Below, in pieces: positions 63,836-64,000 of a DNA stretch of 64,000 bases (within the stretch, counting starts at the first letter, position 1; the number at the start of each line of letters is the position of its first letter). Source of the DNA: Octopus sinensis (taxonomy: Eukaryota); NCBI RefSeq assembly GCF_006345805.1, contig NC_043016.1, forward strand, positions 30,876,001-30,940,000, read 5' to 3'. Made by a program: the position numbers and the translations under genes. The notes under the pieces are model-generated. The model made no database searches, was not told where the DNA came from, and saw only the letters and a program-made list of their open reading frames with translations.

Positions 63836-64000
63836 TATATATATTACTCTTTACTCTCTTTTACTCTTTTACTTATTTCAGTCATTTGACTGTGGCCATG
63901 CTGGAGCACCACTTTTAGTTGAGCAACTTATTCTTTGTAAGCCCAAAAGAGACCGATAGAATAAGTACTTTGCTGCTAAGCATTTTACCTGGCATGCCAA

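Overview
AT-rich, repeat-dense eukaryotic genomic DNA, most likely a cephalopod (Octopus-like). This is inferred from the tRNA-derived SINE families, RTE/CR1 remnants and extreme (TA)n/(CA)n density. One protein-coding gene is clearly supported: a minus-strand caspase-activated DNase (DFFB/CAD/DFF40). Four spliced exons (43074-42913, 39716-39637, 37705-37431, 35476-35284) join in frame and encode the nuclease domain. The N-terminal CIDE-N exons were not found in the window. Weak candidate exons of a second, unidentified gene lie at 1-6175. The rest is SINEs, RTE/CR1/R4-like LINE fragments, mariner/Tc1/pogo/piggyBac-like remnants, two solo LTRs with intact TSDs, a gag-only element and Penelope-like RT fragments. 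The most interesting signal is a ~500-nt non-coding tandem plus fold-back element at 25602-26480. It carries an intact minimal type-I hammerhead ribozyme (25756-25833, minus strand), and the fold-back junction of its second copy falls at the predicted self-cleavage site. Several other microsatellite-embedded fold-backs carry degenerate hammerhead-like motifs, suggesting a retrozyme/Penelope-like system. Exon, TSD and ribozyme coordinates were counted base by base. Boundaries of degraded transposon fragments are approximate.
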